In this document: positions 1 to 11,083 of the stretch, one piece after another
Position numbering within the stretch: the first letter of the stretch is position 1
How the letters are laid out: each line of letters starts with the position of its first letter
NCBI GenBank assembly: GCA_051439425.1
Contig: JBFRWD010000178.1
Coordinates: forward strand, 1 to 64,000
Length of the DNA stretch: 64,000 bases
Direction of reading: 5' to 3'
From: Synechococcus sp.
GTDB lineage: Bacteria; Cyanobacteriota; Cyanobacteriia; Thermostichales; PCC-7336
Program-made: the position numbers and the translations under genes
Notes under the pieces: model-generated
Told to the model about the DNA's origin: nothing
The model's database searches: none
Seen by the model: the letters and a program-made list of their open reading frames with translations, nothing else

Positions 1-50
1 CTACATGGTTGACAACGCCCGACCAGGGATTAGCCTCTTATGTTGAATGA

Positions 51-187
51 GAGGCTGTCTGAAAAGTAGAAAAGCCAACAAGGTTTAATCTGCAATTGAC
101 GTAAAGCAGACCGAGTTAGCAATGAGCTCATCATCTTATCCGAGCGAGCTGAGTGACTTGCAATGGCAATTGATTGAATCCCTGTTA
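51..187 (+). mobile_element. IS5-family left end with truncated transposase N-terminus
   Basis: GAGGCTGTCTGAAAAGT at 51-67 resembles an IS5/IS1031-group terminal repeat. ATG at 122 reads MSSSSYPSELSDLQWQLIESLL, similar to the YPSDLTDxQW start of IS5-family transposases, then breaks at a TA (186-187). Confidence 0.6.
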
Positions 188-498
188 TGGCGGTGGCCAT
201 ATCAATGAGGACATAGTCTGAAGTAGTAGACCAAAGGCTGAGAACTGTCGCGCAGCTGTAGTTACGACTTGAGAAAGAAAGTGGTGGATGCCATCTAGCT
301 CGATGGCATGCCCAAATGCGAAGCTAGCCAACACTTCAATATCAGCCGCAATACCATTCACCAGTGGCTCAAGCGAAAGCAGAAACCTGCGATGTGTGAG
401 CCAAGTCATATCGTCCCCCTGGCTACAGCCATCGCATCACGGACTGGAATAAGTTTCGAGCATTCGCTCATCAACGCCAGGATAAGACTCAGGCTCAA
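186..498 (+). mobile_element. IS630-family transposase remnant (pseudogene)
   Basis: Starts with a TIR-like TATGGCGGTGGCCATATCAATGAGGACAT. Reads SYDLRKKVVDAI*LDGMPKCEASQHFNISRNTIHQWLKRK (IS630 N-terminal HTH, internal stop), shifts frame and ends near DKTQAQ. Confidence 0.7.
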
Positions 499-597
499 AA
501 TCGAGTGGACGCTCCTCAATCTGTCGGGGGCTATCCTGTCGACACCTTGCCACGATGTGCGCTTTCAACCGGTCAGTACACAAGTGGGTCGGGCACC

Positions 598-1815
598 CTA
601 ACTGCTAACACTAGTTGGGGAGCTGAATACACAGTCTCCGAGTACGTAGACTTCACGTAATTTTGAATAGCGTTTTTGGGGTTCGACCACTAGAAAATCG
701 GCATCGTATCCGGGCATTAAGTGTCCTTTGTTAGTGCCCAAACTGGCCGCCTCGGCAGGATGTTGGGAGACGGCGGCCCAAGCATCCGGAAACGTCATTA
801 ATTCCAATTCTGCTAGCAGAAACGGAGCTTGGTATAACGAAGGAAAATGATAATCCGAGCACAAGATATCGAGGACTCCTGCCTGCGCCGCTTCCTTCAC
901 TCCAACATTGCCAAGATGAGACCCACCCCTAATTAAATTGGGTGCTCCCATCAAGACCCGAGCCCCTTGCTGTATGGCCAATCGAGCCAACTCAACCGAA
1001 GTGGGAAACTCGGCAACGCTAACCCCTCGCTCAGCACTGGTCATCACTTTTTCAACAGAATCGTCATCGTGAGAAGCCGTCGGGATACTGTACTGACGGG
1101 CAACTGCCATTAAGTCATCGATCGCCTCGTACCCGCATTCCCGTTGGGATAATGCCCGGTCGATCGCCGCTTGAATTTCGTTATCTTCAACCTTCAGCCG
1201 CTGCCGCAGCGATCGCAGCATACGCTCGGAACTATCTTGGCCGGGGGGAGGGAGGTGATCTCCGAGGGATAGCATGTGCACCTTTCCGGCGGCCATCCAG
1301 TCTTTCAGTTCGTCCAATCCATCTACATTGGCGATTTCGTGGCGGATGTGGATGCGGTTATTGCACAGCAGGCTTTGGCCGGGGTTCCCCAACAGATAGT
1401 CGATCAGACGACGAGTCATGTCGCGACTGCGTAAGCCCGGCTCGTAGGAGTGAGTCATTGAATAGAAGTAGGTGGTGATGCCCGAGCCCAACACCTGGCG
1501 ATCGGTGTCTGGTAGAGCTAGCTCAAGAGGAAATGTTGTACCAGGACGCGGACAAATCGATCGCTCGAAAGCGTCTCCGTGGATATCAATAATTCCCGGC
1601 AAAATCATCAGGCCGCTGCCGTCTTGTTCGATCGCTCCAGCCGGAACGCTGCCTTGGTCGACCTGAGAGATGTGCTGTCCTTCAAAGACAAACGTAGCCT
1701 CCTCTAGCCAACCGTCGGGAGTCAGTACCTTAGCTCCACAGATTGCCGTCTTGGGAGCCGTTTGGCGTCCCCCCGATTTCCCGTTTTCCGAGACTTCTAC
1801 TGCTGTCACCATCAT
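598..1815 (-). CDS. phnM: Alpha-D-ribose 1-methylphosphonate 5-triphosphate diphosphatase-like amidohydrolase
   Basis: PGIIDIHGDAFER, ASHDD, AEFP, MGAPNLIRGGSH and LCSDY motifs typical of PhnM; last gene of the phn operon. Confidence 0.9.
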   Translation of the reverse strand: MMVTAVEVSENGKSGGRQTAPKTAICGAKVLTPDGWLEEATFVFEGQHISQVDQGSVPAGAIEQDGSGLMILPGIIDIHGDAFERSICPRPGTTFPLELALPDTDRQVLGSGITTYFYSMTHSYEPGLRSRDMTRRLIDYLLGNPGQSLLCNNRIHIRHEIANVDGLDELKDWMAAGKVHMLSLGDHLPPPGQDSSERMLRSLRQRLKVEDNEIQAAIDRALSQRECGYEAIDDLMAVARQYSIPTASHDDDSVEKVMTSAERGVSVAEFPTSVELARLAIQQGARVLMGAPNLIRGGSHLGNVGVKEAAQAGVLDILCSDYHFPSLYQAPFLLAELELMTFPDAWAAVSQHPAEAASLGTNKGHLMPGYDADFLVVEPQKRYSKLREVYVLGDCVFSSPTSVSS

Positions 1816-1901
1816 CGACCTCGCAAATTACAAATCTGAAAAATCACAAATGTTGTACTGGCCCCAAGCAGAACTCACCCACGCCAGGTATGAACTCCTG
1901 C

Positions 1902-2705
1902 CTAAATCACGGCCTTCCGAATTGCGGCTGACAGCCGCTCTACAGCCGTAACCACCACAAAAATGACCAAGATAATCGTCAATGCCTCGTCATATCTCAG
2001 CAGTTGCATCGATGTCTGCAACTCCACCCCAATGCCGCCGGCACCCACCAGCCCCAGCACCACCGCAGAGCGCACCGATGATTCCAAGGCAAACAGGCTG
2101 GTGGCCACAAACGACGGCAGTACAGCTGGAAAAATAGCTCCTGCCACAATGCCCGATTCCGGAGCTCCCAACGCCCGTAATGCTTCTACTGGGCCAGGAT
2201 CGACCTCTTCAATGCGTTCGGCAAAGAACTTTCCGCAAAAGCCAATCGTATCGACCGCGATCGCCAAAATACCTGGAGCTGCCCCTAAGCCCACCACCAC
2301 AATAAAAATCAATCCCCAAATTAAATCGGGGATTACCCTCAGCAATGCAATAAACGAACGCGATGCCGAATGCAAAACTGAGTGAGGGGTTGTATTCTTG
2401 GCGGCCAATAGCGCCAACGGCAAGCTCAGCAATGCTCCACCCACCGTTCCCACTAAAGCGATTTCAAAGGTCTCGATGGTCGAGCGGACAATACTGCCAA
2501 ATCGGTTGGGGCTGGGAGGAAAGGCTTGTCGGAGAAAATCTCCCAGGCGGAAGATGCCTCGCAATAGACGCTGCGGAGTCAGATCGCTAGCTGCTGCGCC
2601 GTGGATGAAAAAGGCGAGAAACGCGCTCGCAATGACCAGCCAGAACACGCCGGGGCGTTTCCAGCGTGGAGGTAATGCGGTCAAGTGAGTCTCGAAATCG
2701 GTCAT
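1902..2705 (-). CDS. phnE: Phosphonate/phosphite ABC transporter permease
   Basis: Hydrophobic; GKFFAERIEEVDPGPVEALRALGA (EAA loop) and VRSAVVLGLVGAGGIG motif. Confidence 0.92.
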   Translation of the reverse strand: MTDFETHLTALPPRWKRPGVFWLVIASAFLAFFIHGAAASDLTPQRLLRGIFRLGDFLRQAFPPSPNRFGSIVRSTIETFEIALVGTVGGALLSLPLALLAAKNTTPHSVLHSASRSFIALLRVIPDLIWGLIFIVVVGLGAAPGILAIAVDTIGFCGKFFAERIEEVDPGPVEALRALGAPESGIVAGAIFPAVLPSFVATSLFALESSVRSAVVLGLVGAGGIGVELQTSMQLLRYDEALTIILVIFVVVTAVERLSAAIRKAVI

Positions 2706-2722
2706 TAGGTGCAGCTACAGGG

Positions 2723-3568
2723 TTAGACAGAAGCACGGACGGGTTTGAGGGATTGGGGATTTGAGGTGGTGCGATAGAGCCGGTCAATTTCGGCAGCACT
2801 CAATCGCTCGGGGGGGCGATCGAATAGCACTTTGCCGCCGCTCAACCCCACGATCCGACTGGCGTATTCTTTGGCTAAATCGAGCTGGTGCAGGGTACAG
2901 ATGAGGGTTAACTGTCGTTCTCGCACGATGTCCCACAGCAAATCCATAATTTCCCGCCCGGCCAGCGGATCGAGACTGGCGATCGGTTCGTCCGCCAGGA
3001 CGATATCGGGTTCTTGCATCAACATGCGGGCGATCGCCACCCGCTGTCGCTGGCCGCCTGACAACGTATCCACCCGCTGAGTGGCAAACTCTGCAATTCC
3101 CACTCGTTCCAAGCAGGCCATTGCTTTGAGCCGTTCAGATTGCTCGGCAGTGGCCGGGAACCAGTTGCGGGGGTGGCGGTTGCGCCCCATCGACCCATGC
3201 AAGACGTTATGAAACGCCGTCAAGCTGCCCACCAGGTGAAAGTGCTGAAACACGACTCCAATGCGGCTGCGTACAGTTCGCAACTCGGACTTCATCAACG
3301 CCGTCACGGCCTGCTTCCCCACGATCACCTCTCCCGAGGTGACGGGTTCCAGACCCACAATGCAGCGCAACAATGTAGACTTGCCGGAGCCATTGTGACC
3401 CAGCAGCACCAAACCTTCTCCCGGTCTAGCGACTAGATTGACACAGTCAAGAGCGCGGGTGCCGTTGGGGTATACCTTTGAAACCCCAACGACATTGACC
3501 GATCGCGTGACGTTCCCCGAGTATTCGGAGAGGGGCTGCGTTTTTACAGAATGTGCAGAGTTGTTCAT
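2723..3568 (-). CDS. phnC: Phosphonate/phosphite ABC transporter ATP-binding protein
   Basis: GHNGSGKS Walker A, LSGGQRQRVAIAR signature, LADEPIASLDP. Start moved to ATG 3568, because the 3715 start overlaps phnD. Confidence 0.92.
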   Translation of the reverse strand: MNNSAHSVKTQPLSEYSGNVTRSVNVVGVSKVYPNGTRALDCVNLVARPGEGLVLLGHNGSGKSTLLRCIVGLEPVTSGEVIVGKQAVTALMKSELRTVRSRIGVVFQHFHLVGSLTAFHNVLHGSMGRNRHPRNWFPATAEQSERLKAMACLERVGIAEFATQRVDTLSGGQRQRVAIARMLMQEPDIVLADEPIASLDPLAGREIMDLLWDIVRERQLTLICTLHQLDLAKEYASRIVGLSGGKVLFDRPPERLSAAEIDRLYRTTSNPQSLKPVRASV

Positions 3569-3572
3569 CCGA

Positions 3573-4475
3573 CTATTCGCCAATAAATTCGGAGAACTCT
3601 TCCACGCCAACTGCCTGGTAAGCAAGGCGAATGGAGTCGTAATCCTCATCCTCGGCGGGGACGATTTCTGACCCGATGTATTTAGCGTTGCTGGACACGG
3701 AGACGATCGCCTCAATCAACTGGCTCTGCCCCTCATACATCTGCTCAACCAGCAGGTCGATGTATTCGGGAGCCAAATCGTCGCTAGCCATAAACACATC
3801 ATTGGGCAGCATGTCGCCGGTTTCGATGATGGGATACTCGTCTGCCGATGCCCCTTCCGATTCAATAAAGCGCTCGTAATCGATCAGGGAACCACCCCAT
3901 GCATCCACATCGCCATTCTTGAGGGCTTGCAGGTCAGCATCACCCAGCATGAGCACGTCTAGATCGGATAGCGGATCGATACCGGCCTCTGCCAGAATTA
4001 CGCTCGGTCCCAGATGACCGCTGGTGGACCCAATATCAGACAGTGCCAGGGTGTTACCGGGTAATTGGTCGAGGGAGTCAATGCTGGCTTCGGCAGGGAC
4101 CGCAATGACCGAGCGGTACTTGGGTCGAGTAATACCCACAAGTGGTTCGGCATTGGTACGGGCACGCAAGACTACGTATTCTGCGGGGCCAGCCAACACC
4201 ACATCAACTGCATCGGTCTGTAGGGCAACGGCTGCGGCTGCGCGATCGGCTACCGGGAAAAACTCCACTGGCTTACCGGTTACATCTTCAAGAGCTGCTT
4301 TAAAAGGACCAAAATCCCGTTGTAACTCCTCTAACCCCACAACATCCGTCACCGCAAATCGGAGGGTGTCCGGACCTTCGGGGTTCGCAAAACTTTCGCT
4401 CGCATATTGGTTCAGCAGTACAGAACTACCTAGAACCGCGATCGTACCTAATACAAATGTTTTACGACGCACCAT
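3573..4475 (-). CDS. phnD: Phosphonate/phosphite ABC transporter substrate-binding protein
   Basis: N-terminal signal-like segment, LAGPAEY, STSGH anion-binding motif; first gene of the operon. Confidence 0.88.
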   Translation of the reverse strand: MVRRKTFVLGTIAVLGSSVLLNQYASESFANPEGPDTLRFAVTDVVGLEELQRDFGPFKAALEDVTGKPVEFFPVADRAAAAVALQTDAVDVVLAGPAEYVVLRARTNAEPLVGITRPKYRSVIAVPAEASIDSLDQLPGNTLALSDIGSTSGHLGPSVILAEAGIDPLSDLDVLMLGDADLQALKNGDVDAWGGSLIDYERFIESEGASADEYPIIETGDMLPNDVFMASDDLAPEYIDLLVEQMYEGQSQLIEAIVSVSSNAKYIGSEIVPAEDEDYDSIRLAYQAVGVEEFSEFIGE

Positions 4476-4658
4476 TATTTTTCCGTCGGGGAGACATAAT
4501 CGGAATTAACTTATGGCTCTGTGCTTATGCCGACGTTAAGGAGCAGAAAAATATTGATTAAAAATGGGGAATTCACTCATAAATGTTTGTAACTAATTCT
4601 TCTTTGAGCGAAGGTTGAATCGAACAACGCACAATGAATAGATGGTCTGACTAGCGCT

Positions 4659-5132
4659 TACCCCGCAGCTAGTTACGGGGTATCGGGAGTGTCATAGCTT
4701 AGATAGCTGGATTTGCTCGTCACTTTCCTGGGCTTCCCGACTTCCTTGCTCCCGTACAATAACTCTTGACAATCTCACTGATCACGCCATCCCCTACCGT
4801 TCCGACATATCCTTCATCACTCCAAAACTCACCTCACCATCGCTGCTTTCGGATTTCTGGAAATCTCTTGCACATTTCGCGCGCACTGATGCTTTTGACT
4901 ATCTGCATCACTCTCGAAGGCACATACTTTGGCGCTGCACCCACAAATACGTGGATGTGGTCGCCATCCGTTCCCATTTCCTCTAGCTCAAAACTGTATC
5001 TTTCTCCTATCTCCTTCAAAGCGAACTTGGTATACGCAATGATTACTACGCTTCAGCTCCATACACGCTGTCTATCTACTGTCGCCCCATCGGGTGGCGG
5101 GCCGCTTGTCCCCGCAGCAAGCTGACGGGGTA
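4659..5132 (-). mobile_element. IS200/IS605-family element remnant with degraded Y1 HUH transposase (tnpA) and two terminal hairpins
   Basis: DGDHIHVFV (HUH) and KQRW*GEFWSDEGYVGTVG (internal stop), 5' end missing. Bounded by related palindromes TACCCCGCAGCTAGTTACGGGGTA (4659-4682) and CCCCGCAGCAAGCTGACGGGGTA (5110-5132). Confidence 0.85.
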
Positions 5133-5181
5133 TGCGCGACCCATTTAGATCAAGGAGTTGCGAAAAGCTGTTAATAGCAAG

Positions 5182-5213
5182 AAGGTGGCAAGATAAAAAA
5201 ATCTCGCCACCTT
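5182..5213. terminator. Stem-loop, probable terminator of the 5255-5599 gene
   Basis: AAGGTGGCAAGAT-aaaaaa-ATCTCGCCACCTT inverted repeat about 40 bp after the stop codon. Confidence 0.5.
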
Positions 5214-5254
5214 TAATTATCAAGAAGATTGAATATCAATAAGGCTCGTATAGG

Positions 5255-5599
5255 TTACTGGTCCAAAGTTTGACCTCCGAACTTACGTCCCAGGAATGTA
5301 CGTTTGGTACCATCACTCTTCATCTTGACCCGGACATCAGAGATGTTGTAGTTACTCCCAAGAAAATGACCATTGCGTGAAGTATCAGCCATGCCGAGTT
5401 CGACTTCAGGCTTTTGATACTTAGTGCCTAGAAAGGCTGCGTTGCCATTATCGTTTCTTTTAAAATTTGAGGAAGTAGATTTTGCAATACCCTCAACTTT
5501 GGCCAGTCTATTTGAGACTTCAGAGAGCTGTAACTGCAAGCTTTGGATTGTTTCATTTAACTGAACAATATCAGTCTGTCGAGAATGAGTTGCACTCAT
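5255..5599 (-). CDS. Small protein: N-terminal coiled coil plus three FLGxx(Y/F) repeats (possibly DUF4278-like)
   Basis: AAFLGTKY, GHFLGSNY and RTFLGRKF repeats; heptad-like N-terminus; AGAGG upstream; downstream hairpin. Confidence 0.55.
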   Translation of the reverse strand: MSATHSRQTDIVQLNETIQSLQLQLSEVSNRLAKVEGIAKSTSSNFKRNDNGNAAFLGTKYQKPEVELGMADTSRNGHFLGSNYNISDVRVKMKSDGTKRTFLGRKFGGQTLDQ

Positions 5600-5879
5600 T
5601 ACCAAAACCTCTTATTAGGGTTGTTGCAATATTTGGTTGCTATGTGCAAGTACCGCCTGCTACCTGGCAGCTATGCAGCTTAGTCTAGGGGACCGCAAAT
5701 ACATTTGGCCTTTTTTGTCACAAATCTAAAATTAGTATCAGTCGTCACATATTTAGAATTAATTCTGTCAGTGCACATTCTAAGAGCTAATTTGCAAAGA
5801 GAATCTGAAGGAATGAGAGTGTGGGGTAGGGTCCTTCTAGGGTGAGGGCAAATGGATGAGTAAAACCATAAGCCGTTTG

Positions 5880-6307
5880 CCTCAAGTAGCCAATGTCCAC
5901 CGAAAAAGTTACGTCAGCGACCAGAGTGATGGTGAGTGGGAACTGCTAATTGAGAAGTTACTCTTCCGCTCATCGAGAGGTAATACCGAGTGTGGAACAT
6001 AGACGAAACAAGGGGTTGAACAATCGGGCTGAAGCCTCCCAGCAACCCACCAGATATCGAGCGCAACAGATGAAGCGATTCAAATCTATGGGGAACAGCC
6101 AGAGGTTTCTGTCAGCCTTTGAATCCATCAGAACTCATTTCTTCTCTTAACAGCATTTGATGTCAGCTAGCACCTATCGAGAAGCCCTGAGATTTCGCTT
6201 CCAAGCCTAGAATTAGCTCACCCATATATATACAGCAGCTTAATTGAGGCCAATTACAGGAAAGTTGTAGGATATCTGATAATTTGCTGAATTAACGTGA
6301 CTAAGCC
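5880..6307 (+). mobile_element. IS6-family transposase C-terminal remnant with right inverted repeat
   Basis: LRSYSSAHREVIPSVEHRRNKGLNNRAEASQQPTR...MKRFKS..QRFLSAF is the IS6 DDE C-terminus, followed by stops. Ends in ATTAACGTGACTAAGCC (6291-6307), an IS6-type GGC-terminated IR. Confidence 0.85.
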
Positions 6308-6343
6308 TGATAATTACTCTAGACGGAATTGACGGATTTTAAG

Positions 6344-6622
6344 ATGAAAGGATCGCGTGATATAAAACGGCAATCGTTGGGAAAGAGAGTTGACAGACAA
6401 GTCGAAAAAGTCATTCATCGTGTAATGACTAATAATGGCCTAGAGGAAACGATTAGTAATGCCGTACAAAAAGCTTTAGTTGAATTAGTAACTCGTTATT
6501 TAGCATTAGCTGTTGTTGCCATGCTCCTTTTGCTAACTCTTCACTCTAGCCTATTAGTAATACTCATAAAGAGTAATTTCTCAGTCTCTGATGAAAATTC
6601 TACATTAAAGCATCAGCCATAG
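6344..6622 (+). CDS. Hypothetical small membrane protein
   Basis: Basic N-terminus and one hydrophobic helix (YLALAVVAMLLLLTLHSSLLVILI). Confidence 0.5.
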   Translation: MKGSRDIKRQSLGKRVDRQVEKVIHRVMTNNGLEETISNAVQKALVELVTRYLALAVVAMLLLLTLHSSLLVILIKSNFSVSDENSTLKHQP

Positions 6623-6861
6623 TCGCAGGAAAGCATAACCAAGAATGTAGAGTCATATAAAATAAAGCACCTTAAATAAGTACCCATTATCTATGTGGGT
6701 AAACTCGGATACGGAGGCAGGCCTTGCAAGGTGTTAGTACTGATAAGGAGTTCTGTTTCAGGCCTCGGCGAGAGACAGGCAAGATTTGCAACAATACGGA
6801 AAATACACTTATCACGAACAATGGGAAGCGTTGACTCCCCTCAGTGTTTGAAAGGTTGTCC

Positions 6862-7704
6862 ATGAAGACAAAAGTTACGATTGCAGCACTGATCACGGCC
6901 TTGGCCTCTCTCGGAATTCTGGCAATTGCCCAGGCTCAGACCGTCGATACTCGCTGCGATCTTTATCCTATCGGAGAAGACCAGGCCTCAGCAGTAGTTC
7001 CTTGCACGTTCTCTCAGCGTCAGGGATTTATACGCATCACCTTAAATGACGAAACGACCTACGAGTTAAGTCCATCTCATACAGAAGCCAATGCTTACAC
7101 AGACCAAGAGGGTAAACCTGCCTCACGAGAATTAATCGGAGAAGGGGATATCGGCCAGATTTACCGGCTTGCTGATGAATCTATCTATGTTTACTGGGAT
7201 ACAGCAGGTCTTCCCGAGCTCGTTGAGTCACAAACATACGATGAGACTGAGTCTGGAGTACCCGTTACGGCCCAGTATCCCAGCACCATGCAGGTCCTAA
7301 GTACTGCCAGCGGTGAGGGAGTCGGTGTGTTCTTTAGGTTCACCCCAAAAAATAATGCATTAGATGATGCAGAAGTAAGTATCTTCTTACCATCAAATAC
7401 ATCTTCTACGAGCGACTTGGGTGCCATGACGACAGGCCCAAATAGCTTAATTGAGAGTAATGGTTGGAATTTAGTCGGTTCTCGGACTGGTACTACCTCG
7501 GAATTTCCCTATCCTTGGGTCGAAATGGTCTTTGATATCAGTACCGACTTCGAACAAGATGGTCACATCCTCATTGGGGAATCAAACGGTCAAGCGTTTC
7601 GGGTCATCTTGCTCTACCCTGCGGGGATGATAGATGAGTTTTGGGCAGATGCCCAACAGGTCCTCGATAGTCTTCAATTTGAACCAAGTTTGTTGCCTAT
7701 CTAA
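6862..7704 (+). CDS. Hypothetical secreted two-domain protein
   Basis: Signal peptide MKTKVTIAALITALASLGILAIAQA; Cys pair in RCDLYP...PCTFSQRQG; acidic mature region. Confidence 0.75.
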   Translation: MKTKVTIAALITALASLGILAIAQAQTVDTRCDLYPIGEDQASAVVPCTFSQRQGFIRITLNDETTYELSPSHTEANAYTDQEGKPASRELIGEGDIGQIYRLADESIYVYWDTAGLPELVESQTYDETESGVPVTAQYPSTMQVLSTASGEGVGVFFRFTPKNNALDDAEVSIFLPSNTSSTSDLGAMTTGPNSLIESNGWNLVGSRTGTTSEFPYPWVEMVFDISTDFEQDGHILIGESNGQAFRVILLYPAGMIDEFWADAQQVLDSLQFEPSLLPI

Positions 7705-7814
7705 AATCCCGCTCGAGAAGCTGTCATCTCAAGCTAAAAATACAGTCGGATTTAGTAACGGACAAGCTGAGAAATTGCTCTGCCGCCCCTCGAAAGGTGA
7801 TGCCGAGTGGAGAG

Positions 7815-7863
7815 CGAGGAGAAATAATTGGAGAATACTCCATAGCGGATTGCCTAGCGTTAT
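7815..7863 (-). repeat. Partial copy of MITE-like family B
   Basis: Reverse complement contains GGCAATCCGCTATGGAG, identical to 36080-36096. Confidence 0.55.
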
Positions 7864-7931
7864 TACCAAAAAAGCGGTACCCGTCGAGCACCGCTGATAT
7901 AGAGTGTTGAATCGAATTGCAGAATCGATTC

Positions 7932-9113
<1,182 letters not shown>

Positions 9114-9761
9114 TTACCAGGTGGCCGACACCAATATCAAATAAATACGAAGGTCGGCTTGGTTCTCCAAAACCCCTGTCCTGAAGCAACTGAAAGCATA
9201 TCAACGACTGCCAAAACTGGCAGAGTTGTGAATTCTCACTAGGTGCCAAGCAGGCATGGTTAGCGCTCTGTAGAAGAAGCAAAGAAAGATAGGCGCGGTC
9301 CGAAGGCTTACGGCAAAGTACTTACCGACAGACAACATCCCAAAAAGTCAGCCTGACAGCACACTAGGGTCACACTTTTGCAGGGGAAGGGGGAATGGGT
9401 GGATTCAACAGGCTAAGAACAGGACTGGCTACCATGCTAGCGACGTTCTCCGGGCGTTGCCGATGAGGAGGATACGACCGATTATCTGGCTGAAGAGGTA
9501 GCAGTTGCTTGAAGGGATCGGTTAGGAAGCAATCGCGCTTTTGCAGAGAACCGAATCGGAGCAGCTGCAGCTCATCGAAGCCAGCACATTGGAGAAAAAA
9601 ACTCGAAACAATGCGCAGGATTATATGACCCCTCTCGTCGCCACTGATGGAGAATCGGCAGGTGGTCAGGCACAGTACATTGACGGCCTGACCTGACGAG
9701 ATTCACCGCAATGAATCGCTATGCTCAAGCGTCTTGCTCGGACAGATAGTAGGCCCGATAG

Positions 9762-10667
9762 TCAAGTCGAAGCTTCTTCGTTATTGAGGCGAGACTCAGC
9801 GACAACATCGGGGAGCGACTTCTTTAGGACGTATAGCCATAGCAGCCCAAGCACACCCAACCCAATCAACACGAGGCTGATAACTTGTGCGATCCGCAGC
9901 GGTCCCAAATAGAGACTATCGATCCGCAGCCCTTCAATCCAAAACCGACCGAAACTGTAGGCAATGGCATATACGCAAATCAACGTACCGGATTTTGCCT
10001 TCGGTACCCGAAAGAAGATCGCGAGCAAGAGTATCAGTACACCTACATTCCACACCGACTCATACAAGAACGTGGGGTGAAACGTCTCGAAAGAGCGCAA
10101 GTTGAATGGCCTACGCTCTAGGGGAATATAGAGCCGCCAGGGCAAATCGGTGGGCACACCAAACGCCTCTGAATTGAAGAAATTTCCCCATCGTCCGATC
10201 GCCTGTCCCATCACCGTGCAAGGGGCCAAAATATCTGCCAACTTCCAAAATGGAACGGTATTCAGCCGAGCAAACAGCAAGGTTGCAATCGTCCCTCCAA
10301 TGATGGCTCCGTGAATGGCAATTCCCCCATGCCAAATAGCCAACACTTCCTGCAAGTTATCCCGGTAAGACTCCCACCGAAAGGCCACATAGTACAGTCG
10401 GGCCATCGGAATGGCTCCCACAATTAGCCATACCACCAAATCCCCCATCAAATCGGGGTTAATTCCTCGCCGTTTCGCTAAAAAACTAGCCAGCCCCAAT
10501 CCGAGAAAGACAGCGGAGGCAATCAGTAGGCCGTACCAGCGAATCGCGATCGGCCCAAGCTCCACCAGCACTGGTCCGGGAGATGTAAATATCCCCAAAA
10601 CGGGGTCTAAACCAACCGCGATCCAATTCACAAGATGGAGAGAACCCACAAAACCGGCGATATCCAT
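9762..10667 (-). CDS. lgt: Prolipoprotein diacylglyceryl transferase
   Basis: [45 protein letters not shown]. Start approximate. Confidence 0.95.
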   Translation of the reverse strand: MDIAGFVGSLHLVNWIAVGLDPVLGIFTSPGPVLVELGPIAIRWYGLLIASAVFLGLGLASFLAKRRGINPDLMGDLVVWLIVGAIPMARLYYVAFRWESYRDNLQEVLAIWHGGIAIHGAIIGGTIATLLFARLNTVPFWKLADILAPCTVMGQAIGRWGNFFNSEAFGVPTDLPWRLYIPLERRPFNLRSFETFHPTFLYESVWNVGVLILLLAIFFRVPKAKSGTLICVYAIAYSFGRFWIEGLRIDSLYLGPLRIAQVISLVLIGLGVLGLLWLYVLKKSLPDVVAESRLNNEEAST

Positions 10668-10885
10668 CGAGGGCTCCCAGTTCAAACTGCGTACCTACAG
10701 CGACAATTGTAGGAGAAGAGCCTGGGGGAATCGGGCCAGTTAGATAGAAATGGCTGCCATTGCTGAAAAACTCGCTGTCCCCATCGCACCTTGAACATAT
10801 CGAGATCGCAAATTGGACATGCAGCAATTTGGAAATAAAGTACCGAGACTAAATTCAATCGGACTGCAACAGAGTAGGTTGTCTG

Positions 10886-10980
10886 TATAGCAGTGGCCAT
10901 CCCATTGCTGACATTTCAGCTACGTTCATCCCTGACTGCGATTGGAAACCGTTGTCCTAACTGAAATGGCAAACGCTACA
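10886..10980 (-). mobile_element. MITE-like element family A, copy 1 (~95 bp)
   Basis: Reverse complement is colinear with 24688-24780 and shares an exact 26-mer TAGCGTTTGCCATTTCAGTTAGGACA. Imperfect terminal inverted repeats end in TA. Confidence 0.8.
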
Positions 10981-11083
10981 GTCCGGTCGTGACAGCCGAT
11001 CGGCTTCACCAAACGCTCGGTTCAGCTTTCCAGTGAACAGAGGTTTGCGTGGGGAATGCCTGAGGAGATACAAGGAGTCGATC

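Noticed and set aside
3569..3715. Extended phnC start
   Set aside because: Overlaps the phnD coding end; ATG 3568 follows the phnD stop.
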